From: Eledone cirrhosa
Lineage: Eukaryota
DNA length: 64,000 nucleotides
Assembly (NCBI GenBank): GCA_964016885.1
Contig: OZ024743.1
Location: 60,140,001-60,204,000, forward strand
Direction: 5' to 3'
The translations under genes were made by a program, and so were the position numbers. The notes under the pieces were generated by a model, which was not told the origin of the DNA, made no database searches, and saw nothing but the letters and a program-made list of their open reading frames with translations. Positions 1 through 11,579 of the stretch are shown piece after piece (the stretch's first letter is position 1; the number at the start of each line of letters is the position of its first letter).

Positions 1-1368
1 CGAATGCGTACATCGCATCCGTCATCTGCTACCGCCTCACCGACGTCCCTTGCCTCGACACTACTCTGACCAAAATGGAGCGCCTCCTCTTCCGCTTTTT
101 TTGCAAGGGACGCGCTCCCAAGGTCAGACGATCCATCTGCTGTCAACACCCGTTGCGTGGAGGACTGGGTTTGCCATGGCTGATGATGCCCAAATATGCG
201 CTGAGACTGCGACACCTCTGGTGCTTCCTTGACGGTGAACATGTGTGGTCGCCGTTAGCCAGGCACGTTCTCCCACAGCTCGTCTCCTTGACGGAGCTGC
301 AGTCCTGGGTCAGGAAAAGACCGAGGGATAGCGCTTGGAAACTGGAATGTCTCCAGGCACTCACCGCCCTCTGCCAGCTGGGCACCAGTATCGTGGAACA
401 TTCACCTCGGCGTACTATAGAAGACTAGTGGAGTGGAAGAGCGACGACGTTCTCGGAGAGATCCTGGGCGTCGAAGAAGATCAGCTGTTTGCTTTCTTCC
501 GTAGAACATTCAGCCCAGGGCCTATGGATAACATCCAAAATTCCCTGGCCTGGCAGTGCTACCGGGAAGCGTTGCCGGTTCGAGATAACTCTACAGGCAC
601 AGAAGTGCCGTCAGCCGAGCCTGTCCGAGATGCGCGCATAGCGACGAAACTGTAGTGCACGCACTCGTTCAGTGGCCAAGCATTGCTGACTTGTGGAGTT
701 ATGTCGAACAGTTGCTGTCGCGTGTAGGACTGATACGGTTATCGACTTAGTCCATTGTGAATATGTTCTCGCCCTCTTCCTTCGAGGGGAAAAGGGCTGG
801 CGGGTTTCATCTGCCTCGTGGCCATAGCGAAAGAGATTGTGTGGTGGACAAGGTTGAAAGGGTTAAAGACAGATACTTTCCTCTTCCCGAATCCCCAATT
901 AACTTTTTTAAGTTTCACTTGAAGAGGAAAATAAGCGTGGAGAGGCAAGTGCTGCTTTGTAGCAAGTTTGTTGAAAGGTTGGTGAATGTAGCGAATGGTC
1001 CGAAAGAACGGGACCGCTCTGAATATACGCCTTTATTTTGAGAAATGGAAACACTTTAGAGAGGGCGCTTGCCCTGGTGGTCAGGGTGGCCATGGTCTTT
1101 TGTTTGGTTTTCGCCACGAGTAACCTTCGGAGGTTTCCCCCTGTTGGGAATTTTTAATTGTTTCAATTTTCATTCTTATTGTTTATATATATATATATGT
1201 TTCTATGTCATTTTTTTTCTTTTCTTATATAAATAATAAAAATCTTTACACGCACAAAACCCACATCGTACCGTCCTGTACCGTTCTGAGTCATCTGTAA
1301 TGTTTTTCATGATGTCAGCCCTTGTGGCCAATAAAGAAATCATTATTATTATTACTATTATAATTATT
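1..1368 (+). mobile_element. Tx1/L1-clade LINE copy A: decayed ORF2 3' end, 3' UTR and (ATT)n tail; 5' part lies outside the window
   Basis: ORF fragments (ERLLFRFFCKGRAPKVRRSICCQHPLRGGLGLPWL; SLAWQCYREALPVRD; C-x2-C...ETVVHALVQ zinc knuckle) are colinear with the ORF2 C-termini of copies B and C. AATAAA at 1330, (ATT)n at 1342-1368. Confidence 0.9.
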
Positions 1369-1582
1369 GAGTCTGAATGGACGTATTTTTGTTCGCTCCC
1401 GTAAGTTTATTTATTTACCTGTCAAAACCTATTTATTGAATGTTTGGTTGTTGTGTAAGGCATACATACAAGCCCTTGGACTTTGCCCTGTGAAGGGGAA
1501 AGAATAATATTTGGGCCTTTTGACCCCAATATTTGAACTCTTTTACATTTTAAAAAAATTATCGAAAAAAATACAAAAATAC

Positions 1583-2847
1583 ATGGCTAAGCCACGCCCC
1601 CAGCGATATGTCTGCTGTCGTGCGACAACGATGTACAAGTTGAGAGGAGCGCTACGGCGAAATTAACAGAAATTGATACAACAAACACCACCACAAACAA
1701 TGTGAACAAAGACAGCAATGTTAACAACACTGAGAACTCTAATTTTGAAAAAAATGACAGTAACAGCGACAAGGAAAATACAGATAACAGATATAAGGAC
1801 AAATTCAACAACAATATCAACACCAATAACAATGAAAACAAATAGCGACAACACCAACAGCAACAATACCAACTGCACTGAGAACAACGGCAGCACCAAA
1901 GACAACAATGATAACAGCGACAGTGATAACAACAACACCATCAAGAACAACGACAACAACAACAACACCCCCAATGACAACAAGAACAGTTTCGCTGCCG
2001 ACGCCGGGGCGAGGAACACAACCAACACCAGCCCCGGCAAAACCACCATCAACAACAACAATAGAAAGACCATCACCAACATCGACCACCCAGGGAGGAA
2101 TCGAGGAAAGTTGCAAATTCCCCCCACCCCCACCCAAAATACACACACCAATAAAAACATAAACACACACGCAGACACACTTACAGACTCATCTACCAGT
2201 AGTGAAGATGAGGGAAAGCCAAAATCCCCCAAAATACGAAAAAGGAAACACAAAAAGGAAAATAAAACTCAACAAAGCACAAAATCACCCACAATAAAAA
2301 ATGCAGACACCACCCAAGCAAACATCTCTCCAATAACACCAGCATCAACACCAGAATCTCCCAAACGCAAACAACCTAAACAGACGCAAGAACAAATATA
2401 CACACAAACATCTGAAACCACGGACACCGCACTCACAACAAACACAGACACAACCGAAACAACACCACCAAAACCATCACTACTACAGCCACGCAACAAA
2501 TAAAATCACACCAACAAAACATACAAAACTTCGTGCTCGTCAGGAGGGCCAACAAGGAACTGATGGCACTCATAGCACGAAGTGAAAATATACAAAAAGA
2601 GGGGGAATATTATGAATCGAGCACATTTCGCGTGCCGGAAGATTTGTTTCTGGTGCGAATGTCGCTCGATTTATACAAAGAGATACGAGACATCTTTCCT
2701 CGGAACGTGGGAACCCCGAACGTTAAACGCACTTCAAGATTGTTAAAGGGATTCCCAAAAAAGAAACTCCAACAACTATGGAGGTCGAACCACCCGACAT
2801 TCACAAGAGCCCGTATGGTAAGTAAACCTTTCCTCTCTCTCTTTTAA
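1583..2847 (+). pseudogene. ORF1 region of copy B, frameshifted and low-complexity (N/T/K/P-rich)
   Basis: ORFs 1718-2503 and 2533-2847 lie directly upstream of ORF2. The Asn run followed by SFAA resembles NNN..VSFAKAA in copy C ORF1. Confidence 0.6.
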
Positions 2848-2856
2848 CCTGCCAAC

Positions 2857-5800
2857 ATGACCGTATTAAGATTAGGGAGTTTAAATGTTCGAGGCCTGGG
2901 ATCGTCCTGGAAGCAGGGTCACCTGCTCAACGACCTCAGATCTCTAGAAATGAATGTAATTGCCGTCAGCGAGACCAGGATTTCCAGCATACGCACACTA
3001 GCCCCCATTTTCGACGACTATCAGATATTTGCATCTGCTATCGGCCGGGAATGGGCGGTGGGGTGGCAGTGCTGTTTAGGAAAGGTCTGGATCTCGAGGT
3101 GAGGTCGATCTTCCGGGACCCGGACGGGAAGTTGGTGGTCCTGGACGTGAACAATAACGAAGGTGGTGCCTTTAGACTGGTGGCCGTCTATGCCTCTACT
3201 GCGGCTGGACGGCCGGACTTTTTTAGACGTCTGGAAACCTTTCTGGGTACGTATCGCACTTTACTGTTAGCGGGGGACTGGAACGGCATCTTAGACGCAC
3301 CCTGGGACTGTGCGGGAGTATTTGATAGGAGCGGGGGGTGCAAAAGCCTCAAGAACCTGTCTGATAGGTACCGACTAGATTTCCATAATGCGCCAGTGTG
3401 GACCTGGACTAACCGCATAGGGTCATCTAGATCGTATATAGACAGGATATGCATTAGGAAAATAGACAGAAATAGTGTAACCTGCCCATATTTTAAAACG
3501 GTCGCCTATTCAGATCACAAGTTTGTGATCTGTATGGTCGACCTAGATAGACACGTAGGTTAGGACCTGGTTACTTGAAGCTAAACATGTCATTTCCGGC
3601 ACGTAAGGCTTACAGGGACCAGGTCAACAATTTAGTTAAGAAAAAGTTGACAGGGGGAGTGGTCAACAATAGATGGTGGGTGGCTCTCAAAAGAGAGATT
3701 AGAGTAATGTCGATAGAGTTTAGCAAAGAAGTAGCCTTAGAGAAATATAGAAAGGAGGGGGAGTTGGTAGATAAGTTAGACGAGGCTATTGCTAGTGGCA
3801 TTGCAACTAACGTGCTAGCGGCGAGAATGGCATTACACCATGTCTTCAATTTGAAACACGAAGGTTGCATTGTCAGAGCTAAGGCGCGTGCTCCGAGAAA
3901 CGAGGGAACCAAAGCTGTTCGATGGGCCCGTGTGGAAGAGGCGCAGCGTAGTAATAAAACCACGATTCGGTCTTTCACGGACCGAGAGGGACACGAGCTA
4001 AGCGATTCCAAGCGGATGTGTGAGGCCTTTGACCAACATTTTGCTAGGTTGTTCGGGGGAAGTGGCGGGTCAGAGACGGTGGCGGACTTCAGTCCCTACC
4101 TCCACGGCTTGCCGCAAATCTCGTCAGCCGACGCTGGACGCTGCGAAAGGCCGATTACTTCAGCCGAGATTCTGGATGCCCTTGTCGGAAGCATGATGCT
4201 ATAGTAACCCGCTTTGGATGGTGTGCCCTACGAGCCTTACGTATATATGCCAATCTCCTAGAAGCACTCTACTGTAACTGGCAACAGAAAGGGAGCATTC
4301 CCAGTTCTGTGAGCCGAGGTGTAGTGACGCTGATAACGAAAGACGAGAACAAGAGGGACACATTAGACAATTTCAGGCCCATAACTCTGCAAAACACAGA
4401 GTTTAAGATTTTGGCCAGAGTGTTAGCGAAGAGGTTGGCGCTTGTCGTCGGAGATTTGGTTGGGTAGGCGCAAACTTGCGCAATCGAAACCAGGTCTATA
4501 CACGACAACCTCCACCTAATGCGATACATCATAAAGAGGGTTGGGTGTAAACCTGGCTTCGGTGGGTCTCTGATCAATTTAGATCAATCGAAAGCATTCG
4601 GTAGGGTCAACCATCGGTATATGGAGGCTGTCCTCAAGGCGGCTGGCTTCGCCCCGTCTTCAGAAGCTGGATCGCTGCAATGCACAGCGGCACCTGCTCG
4701 GTGGTCAAAATTTATGGTCATCTCTCGGAACCGTTTCAGGTCTCCCAATCGGTCCGTCAACGGTGCCCTCTCTCCTCCCTTCTGTACGTATTCACTCTCG
4801 AGCCTTTACTGCGGAAGCTGGAGCTGTTGCAGGGCATCCTGCTCAAACCGGAACGCGGAAGGGCTGTGTCGGCTTATGCGGACGACATCACCGTGATGGT
4901 GTCGGACACCTCAGAAATCGAGGTAGTCGGAAACTTATTGAAGGAATATGAAAGGTTGACGGGAACAAAACTTAACCCGGAAAAGTCGGTGGGCTTGCAA
5001 CTCACCACCTGGAGAGGCAAGTCCATGCCGTTCAACAGCGTTGTTAGGCGCTAGACGAACGGACCGGTAAAATTGCTCGGAGTTTGGTTCGGGCCAGACC
5101 TCCAGGTGGAAAATAATTGTGACGAGATAAACGGCAGGGTAGCCAGTATCACCCAGAAATGGGATGCGAGAATGCTATCACTGAAAGGTCGGGTGGAGGT
5201 GGCGAATGCATACATCGCGTCCGTAATCTACTACCGTCTGAACGTCGTCCCTTGCCCCCGTTCACGCCTTGCCATCTTGGAGCGGCTCCTCTTCAAATTT
5301 TTGTGGAGCGGTCAGGTTCCGCTGGTGAGGCGGTCCCTATGCTGCCAGCACCTTCAACATGGAGGGCTGGGCATGCCGGAGCTAATGATGCGCAGACACG
5401 CGCTGAGGCTGCAGGATGTCCAGATATTCTGCCTAAACGGTGAACAGGTGTGGTCGCCGTTTGTCAGACGGGCCTTTCCGCAGCTCGTTTCTTTAACTGA
5501 GCTGCAGTCCTGGGTCAAGAAGAGACCGAGACAGGGTGACTGGCATCTGTTACGAGGAACACACTACCCCATACCAGGCGGGAAATGTGGTCAGTGGAAC
5601 TTCCACTCTCAAGTTCTATAGATGATTAGTGGTGGGCAAGTGCGACGACGCACTCGGAGAGGCTCTGGGGGTCTACGAAATCGAACCTACCAGTCAGTTC
5701 CGGAGGATTTTCGAGCTGGGGACGATGGATAATTTCCAAAAATCCCTCGCTTGGCAGTGCTACCGGGTGGCACTGACGGTTCGAGATAAACTCTACAGGC

Positions 5801-6251
5801 ACGGAAGTGCTGTCAGACGGACCTGCCCGTGATGCGCACAGAGCGACGAAAAGGTTCTGCATGCATTCGTCCAGTGTCCGTACATTACTGACTTGTAGAG
5901 TTATGTCGAAAAGCTGTTGTCGCGTGTAGAACGGATCCGTCTATCGGCCGAGTCCATAGTGAACATCGACCCGCAGCCTGCTTTTGGCCAGGAAGGGCAG
6001 ACAATTTTCCTCTGTCTGGTGGCAGTAGCGAAAGAGGTTGTATGGTGGACGAGGTTGAAAGGACTGAAGACAGACACTTTTCTCTTTGGCCAATCCCTCA
6101 TCAACTTTTTCAAGTTTCACTTGGAAAGGAACGTGAGGGTGGAAAGAGAAGTGCTGCCCCCCCCCCCCCCCCCAGTACATTTGCTGAAAGGTGGGTGAAT
6201 GTGGCGAGAATGGCCCGTGTGAGTGGGCCTACTCTGGTCATGCGGCTGTAG
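2857..6251 (+). pseudogene. ORF2 of copy B (APE endonuclease, reverse transcriptase, C-terminal zinc knuckle); multiple stops and frameshifts
   Basis: APE motifs SLNVRGL, AVSETR, LAGDWN, SYIDRI, YSDHK; RT motifs FRPITL, LDQSKAF, SVRQRCPLS, AYADD. Confidence 0.93.
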
Positions 6252-6503
6252 GTGGGTAAATTTGAGGAGGAGAGAGGTGCCCTTCCTGGGTGCTCTCGAA
6301 GCGCCGGGTCGGTCAGGATTGGAGGGGTACCTGAGCGAACCTTGGGTGGTCATCCCCCCTATTCGGGAATTTTTCTTGTTGTATTTTTCTTGTTACTTTG
6401 TTATTATTATTCATATTTTTTACACGATTCTTCTGTAAAACCCCACTGTCCCAGTCTTCTGTGTTGTCCCCTATATGTTGGCCCGTGTGGCCAATAAATG
6501 AAA

Positions 6504-6541
<38 letters not shown>

Positions 6542-6845
6542 GGCGACCTACGTACGAAATCATTTAATCGTGAGCTCCGCAAAGGTTTGTTGTTTTCGTT
6601 TGTTTAAAATTGCTATTTATGGAAAATGTTTGTTGCTAACTGTGTAAAAGGACACTCAAAAACATTCGGGCCTTTAGCCCATAATTTAAACTTTTATAAT
6701 TATCAAACAAACATTTCTTTGAAAAATCATTGACGACTCACAGTCACACTTTCCTCACAAACTAACACCTCACACCGCCACCACTATTGTAAATATTACT
6801 ACGTTTGCCAACGCTAAAAATAAAAGCCGTAGCAATAATTTAAAT

Positions 6846-7899
6846 TTGTCTCATGCAGACATTCATTTCCCGCCATTACCAATGACTGCAGGTGTTGGAG
6901 CCGCCACCACCACCACCACAGCGACAACAGAAACAGAAGAAAAAAATAAATTATCTCATGACATCGAAATGGATTCACCCAGAATGGATTCTTCCACACC
7001 GAACACCACTGACACCACCACCACCACAACTGAAACTAAAAATAACAATAACAAAAATAACAATAACAACAACAGCAACAACAACAATGACAATAACATC
7101 GTGTCATTTGCGAAGGCAGCCAAAAAATTCGAAACAAGCCAGGTAACTCAGGAGGAATTAGATGAAGTCAAGAGAATGGTAAAGATGGGTACAGGGTCAG
7201 CCTCACCTACAAACCAACTAAAATGGAGCATCGGCGCCTATACGCTATCGGACGATTAACATAAAATCGCGCCGAGTGGAACGGGAATCCGAGTCCCAAA
7301 TACAAAAAGCTTTCGGACATGTGTGGACAAAGAAAACACACATCAGACGTGGGCAGAAGTATGGAACCGTGGATGTGTTCTTTGGAACACCACAGGAGGC
7401 CAGAGAACACTCCATTGCCCCATTAAGAAGTGACGACTTCACACTCGTCCCAAACTATTGTGGCCAGAGACTCGTGAAGATCAGGGTGACCCACGTTCCA
7501 CCGGCCATCGAAATTCCCTGGCTAATGGCTGCCGTACTCGCAGGCATCGAGGCCAACACGAAGATAATCGAAATAGCGAGAGAAAAGCAGGAGAACTGGT
7601 CCGGATCTGGTATGGAGCTCCTGAACCAAGCGGACCAAAAAAGCATTGAGGAGATCCCAGAGGTAATAGACCTCACTGACGGCAGTCACCTCACCGTAAT
7701 CGTCGAGGGCAGATGGCCTAGGTGTGTCGTTTCTGGTCAAGGAACCCACCTAAGGGCTTTCTGCCCTCAGGTTAAAAGGTTGAGGCCACCTCTCTTACCC
7801 ACCCCAGTAACTCAACCATCGATACCACCAGCAGCAGAAATGGCAGCAACTAGTGAAAAGGATGGAGAAACCAGCCTTCCTCTACGAGAAGTAAGGTAA
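6846..7899 (+). pseudogene. ORF1 of copy C: Thr/Asn-rich N-terminus, RRM-like region, degenerate CCHC knuckle
   Basis: GTVDVFF...VKIRVTHVPP...TVIVEGRWPRCVVSGQGTHLRAFCP is typical of Tx1 ORF1. Stop at ~7259 splits the ORF. Confidence 0.75.
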
Positions 7900-7933
7900 G
7901 TGGTCTTTCCCATCTTTACCACTCCATTTCAAC

Positions 7934-10900
7934 ATGACCTCACTCAGAATAGGCAGCATAAATGCGCGTGGCTTGGTGTCGTCATGGAAGCAGGGCCACC
8001 TGCTCAACGACCTCAGGTCACTAAACATAGATGTAGTGGCCATCAGCGAGACCAGAATCTCCGAAGCACGGGCCTTCGCACCGATCTTCGCCGGCTACGA
8101 TGTGTACGCATCTCCGAGCAGTCCTGGATCGGATGGAGGAGTTGCTGTGCTTTTTCGGAGAGGTTTGGATCTCGCCATACGTCCCACCTTCCTGGACCCA
8201 GAAGGTAAGTTGCTGGTGCTGGACGTGACCAGCGGAGACGGGCAAACTTTCAGGCTAGTGGCCGTTATGCCCCGACAGGAGCAGGGCGGCCTAAATTCTT
8301 CCGGCGTCTGGAGACCTTTCTTGGAACGTCCCGCTTTAGTGTTAGTGGGCGACTGGAACGGGATCTTAGATGCACGTTGGGACTGTGTGGGATTAGCGGA
8401 TAGGCGGGAGGGTGCAAGAGCCTCACCAACCTGCTCATGCGTTTTGAACTGTCTGACAGGTACCGATTGGATTTCCCGAATGTGCCAATGTGGACTTGGA
8501 CAAACCGTATCGGGTCATCCAGATCATATCTAGATAGAGTATTTTGTAGGGAAATAGATAGGTCTAGCATAGGCTGTCCACAATTCAAGATAGTTAGCTA
8601 CACGGACCACAAATTCGTGATGTGTGTGCTTGACTTAGATAGGCTTCATAGACGAGGACCCGGCTACTGGAAGCTAAACGCGTCATTACCAGCGCGCAAG
8701 GTCTACAGAGACCGGATTAGCGAACTAGCTAAGCGGGCCTTGACGGGGGCCATCGTCAACAACAAGTGGTGGTTTGCTCTGATAAGAGCGATTACAATAG
8801 AGTCCATTATGTTTAGTAAGTCTTTAGTAATAGAGAAAAATAGAGCAGAGGGAGAACTAGTTAGAAAATTAGACGAGGCGCTTAGCAAAGGCATCGCGAC
8901 CGACGTACTTGCGGCGAAATTGGCTCTTGACCAATTCTTCAATGCAGAGCACGAAGGCTGTGTTAACAGAGCTAGAGTGCATGCTCTCAGACACGAGGGA
9001 ACGAAAGCTGTTCAATGGGCCCGAGTGGCGGAGTCGCGTCGTGACAACAAAGCTACGATCCGTTCTTTGGTGGACCACAACGGGCACATGCTACTCGATC
9101 CCGGGCAGATGTGTGAAGCTTTTCAGCGACACTTCGCTCAGCTGTTTGGAGGCAGCGGCGGGCCGGATCGACGGATGGACTTTAGTGTCTACCTCGACGG
9201 ACTGTCGCGGCTCTCGGCCACTGAGGCGGAGTGTTGCGAAAAGCCAATAACAGCCGCTGAAGTACGGGAGGCAATGACTCGCTACACAAGGGGTAAATGG
9301 CATGGTTTGGATGGTCTGCCCTATGAACCTTACGTACAAATGCCAGACTTGCATGGAGGCCTCTTGGCGGACGCCTACTGCAACTGGCAACAGAACGGGA
9401 GAATTCCCAGCTCTGTTAGCCGATGAGCGGTGGCGCTGCTGAGAAAGGATCCGAACAAGGGGGATAACATAGATAATTTTAGGCCCATAACTCTGCTAAA
9501 CACAGAGTTCAAGATTTTGGCCAAGGTGCTAGCAAAGAGGTTGCCGCTTGTCGTTGGTTGTCTGGTGGGAGAGGCGCAGATATGCACCATTCCCAACAGA
9601 TTCATCTACGACAACCTCCACCTCATGCGATACTTCGTGGGGAGGGTAGCTAAGGAACCTGGCACGGGTGGGTCCTTGATCAATTTAGATCAGTTGAAAG
9701 CTTTCGATAGGGTCGACCATCGTTACCTAGCGGCAGTCCTGAGAGCGACGGGCTTTGGGCACATCTTCAGAGGCTGGATCGCTGTCATGCACAGCGACAT
9801 CTGCTCTGTGGTAAGAGTAAACGGTTACCTTTCGGAACCTTTCAACATCATGCGCTCGGTCTGCCAAGGATGTCCCCTCTCTTCCTCTTGTACGTATTGA
9901 CTCTCGAGCCATTACTGCACAACTGGAGAGGTTGTGGGGGATCGCGCGCGAACTAGGATGCGGAAGATCCGTGTCAGCATATGCGGACGATGTCACCGTA
10001 GTGGTGTCGAACGCCAAACACATCGAGGCGATCGGCACTACATTAAGATAATACGAAGCGGTGACAGGAGCAATGATCAACAAGGAAAAGTCAGTGGGCC
10101 TGCAGCTCGGCACCTGCAGAGGCAGGTCCATGACGTCCAACAACGTCGTCGGGCGCTGGACGGACGGACCGGTTAAATTGCTATGAGTCTGGTTCGGTCC
10201 GGACCTCCAGACGGACAAAAACTGGGACGAGGTGACGAGCAGGGTGGCGTCTCTCACCCAGAAATGTGCGGAGAGGAAGCTATCCCTGAAAGGTCGAGCG
10301 AAGGTGGCTAATGCGTACATCGCATCCGTCATCTACTACCGCCTGACCGTCGTACCTTGTCCTAATCCTCGCTTAACTGCGCTGGAGCGTTTGCTCTTTC
10401 GCTTCTTGTGGAAGGGACGCGCTCCGATCGTCAGGCGGTCCATCTGCTGTCAACGCCCGCTACGTGTAGGGCTGGGCATGCCGTGGCTGATGATGCTACG
10501 ATATCTCCACCTCTTCCTCGACGGTGATCAGGTGTGGTCGCCGTTTGCTAGACGCGTCTTTCCCCATCTCGTCTCCTTGAGGGAGCTGCAGTTCTGGGTC
10601 AAGCGAAGACCGAGAAGGAGCGCTTGGAGACTGGAATGTCTTCAGGCACTCGCAGCCCTCGATCAATCGGGCAATGTGGTCGGTGGAAACTTCACCTTGG
10701 CGTTCTATAGAGGATAGTGGAGGGGAATAGTGACGACGTACTTGGGGAAACTCTAGGCGTCGACGAAAATCAACTAGCCAATCTCTTCGGAAGAACTTTC
10801 AGGTCGGGGCCTATGGCCAACTTCCAGAAATCCCCGGCCTGGCAGTGCTGCCGAGGAGCTTTTCCAGTTCGGAATAAACTCTACAGGCATGGAGGTGCCG

Positions 10901-11328
10901 TCAGCCGGGCATGTCCGAGATGCGCGTAGAGCGACGAAACCGTACTGCACGCACTCGTCCAGTTTCCGATCATTGCTGACTTGTGGGTTTATGTCGAACA
11001 CCTGCTGTCGCGTGTAGGACGGATCCATCTATCAGCTGAATCCATCGTAAAGATTGCCCCGCCCTCTTCCTCTAGCCGAGAAGGGCAGGCAATTTTTATC
11101 TGTCTGGTGGCCATGGCGAAAGAGATAGTATGTTGGACACGTTTCAAAGGGCTGAAGACGAGCACTTACCTCTTCGGTGATGCCCTGATTAACTTTTTCA
11201 AATTTCATTTGAAAAGGAAAATCAGGGTAGAGATGGAAGTGCTCTCTTCCCAGCAGTTTGTTGAAAGATGGGTGAGAGAAGCAAGAATGGCTCGAGTGAA
11301 TGGGCCTACTCTGAGTATGTGTCTGTAA
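7934..11328 (+). pseudogene. ORF2 of copy C (APE + RT + zinc knuckle), disrupted
   Basis: GSINARGL, AISETR, VGDWN, SYLDRV, YTDHK, GYWKLN, GLDGLP, NFRPITLLNTEFKILAKVLA, LDQLKAFDRVDH, QGCPLS, YADD. Confidence 0.94.
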
Positions 11329-11579
11329 ATTAAAGTTGGAAAACTGGGAGAGAGCACTTGCCCTGGTGGTCAGGGTCACTGTGGCTTTTTAATAAGCTTT
11401 CTCCACGAATGTCCCTCGGAAGTCTCCCCCGTATTGGGGAATTTTTCATTGTTATTTTGTTGTTACATCCTCTGCTTTTGCTTTTTAGACGCTGAACGGC
11501 CCATTTTTCCTCTACCGTCTTTAATGTCTACTTTATGTAAATCCTTGTGGTTAATAAAGACAGCATTATTATTATTATT

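Larger units (their letters stand above)
1369..6541 (+). mobile_element. Near full-length, decayed Tx1/L1-clade LINE copy B
   Basis: 5' UTR similar to copy C, then an Asn/Thr-rich ORF1 region and an APE+RT ORF2. AATAAA at 6493, (ATT)12 at 6506-6541. Confidence 0.92.
6542..11579 (+). mobile_element. Near full-length, decayed Tx1/L1-clade LINE copy C
   Basis: Begins immediately after the (ATT)12 tail of copy B and carries ORF1 and ORF2. AATAAA at 11553, (ATT)5 at 11565-11579. Confidence 0.92.

Noticed and set aside
1587-2499. Hydrophobic L/V-rich minus-strand ORFs resembling membrane proteins
   Set aside because: They are the antisense of the AAC/ACC-rich LINE ORF1.
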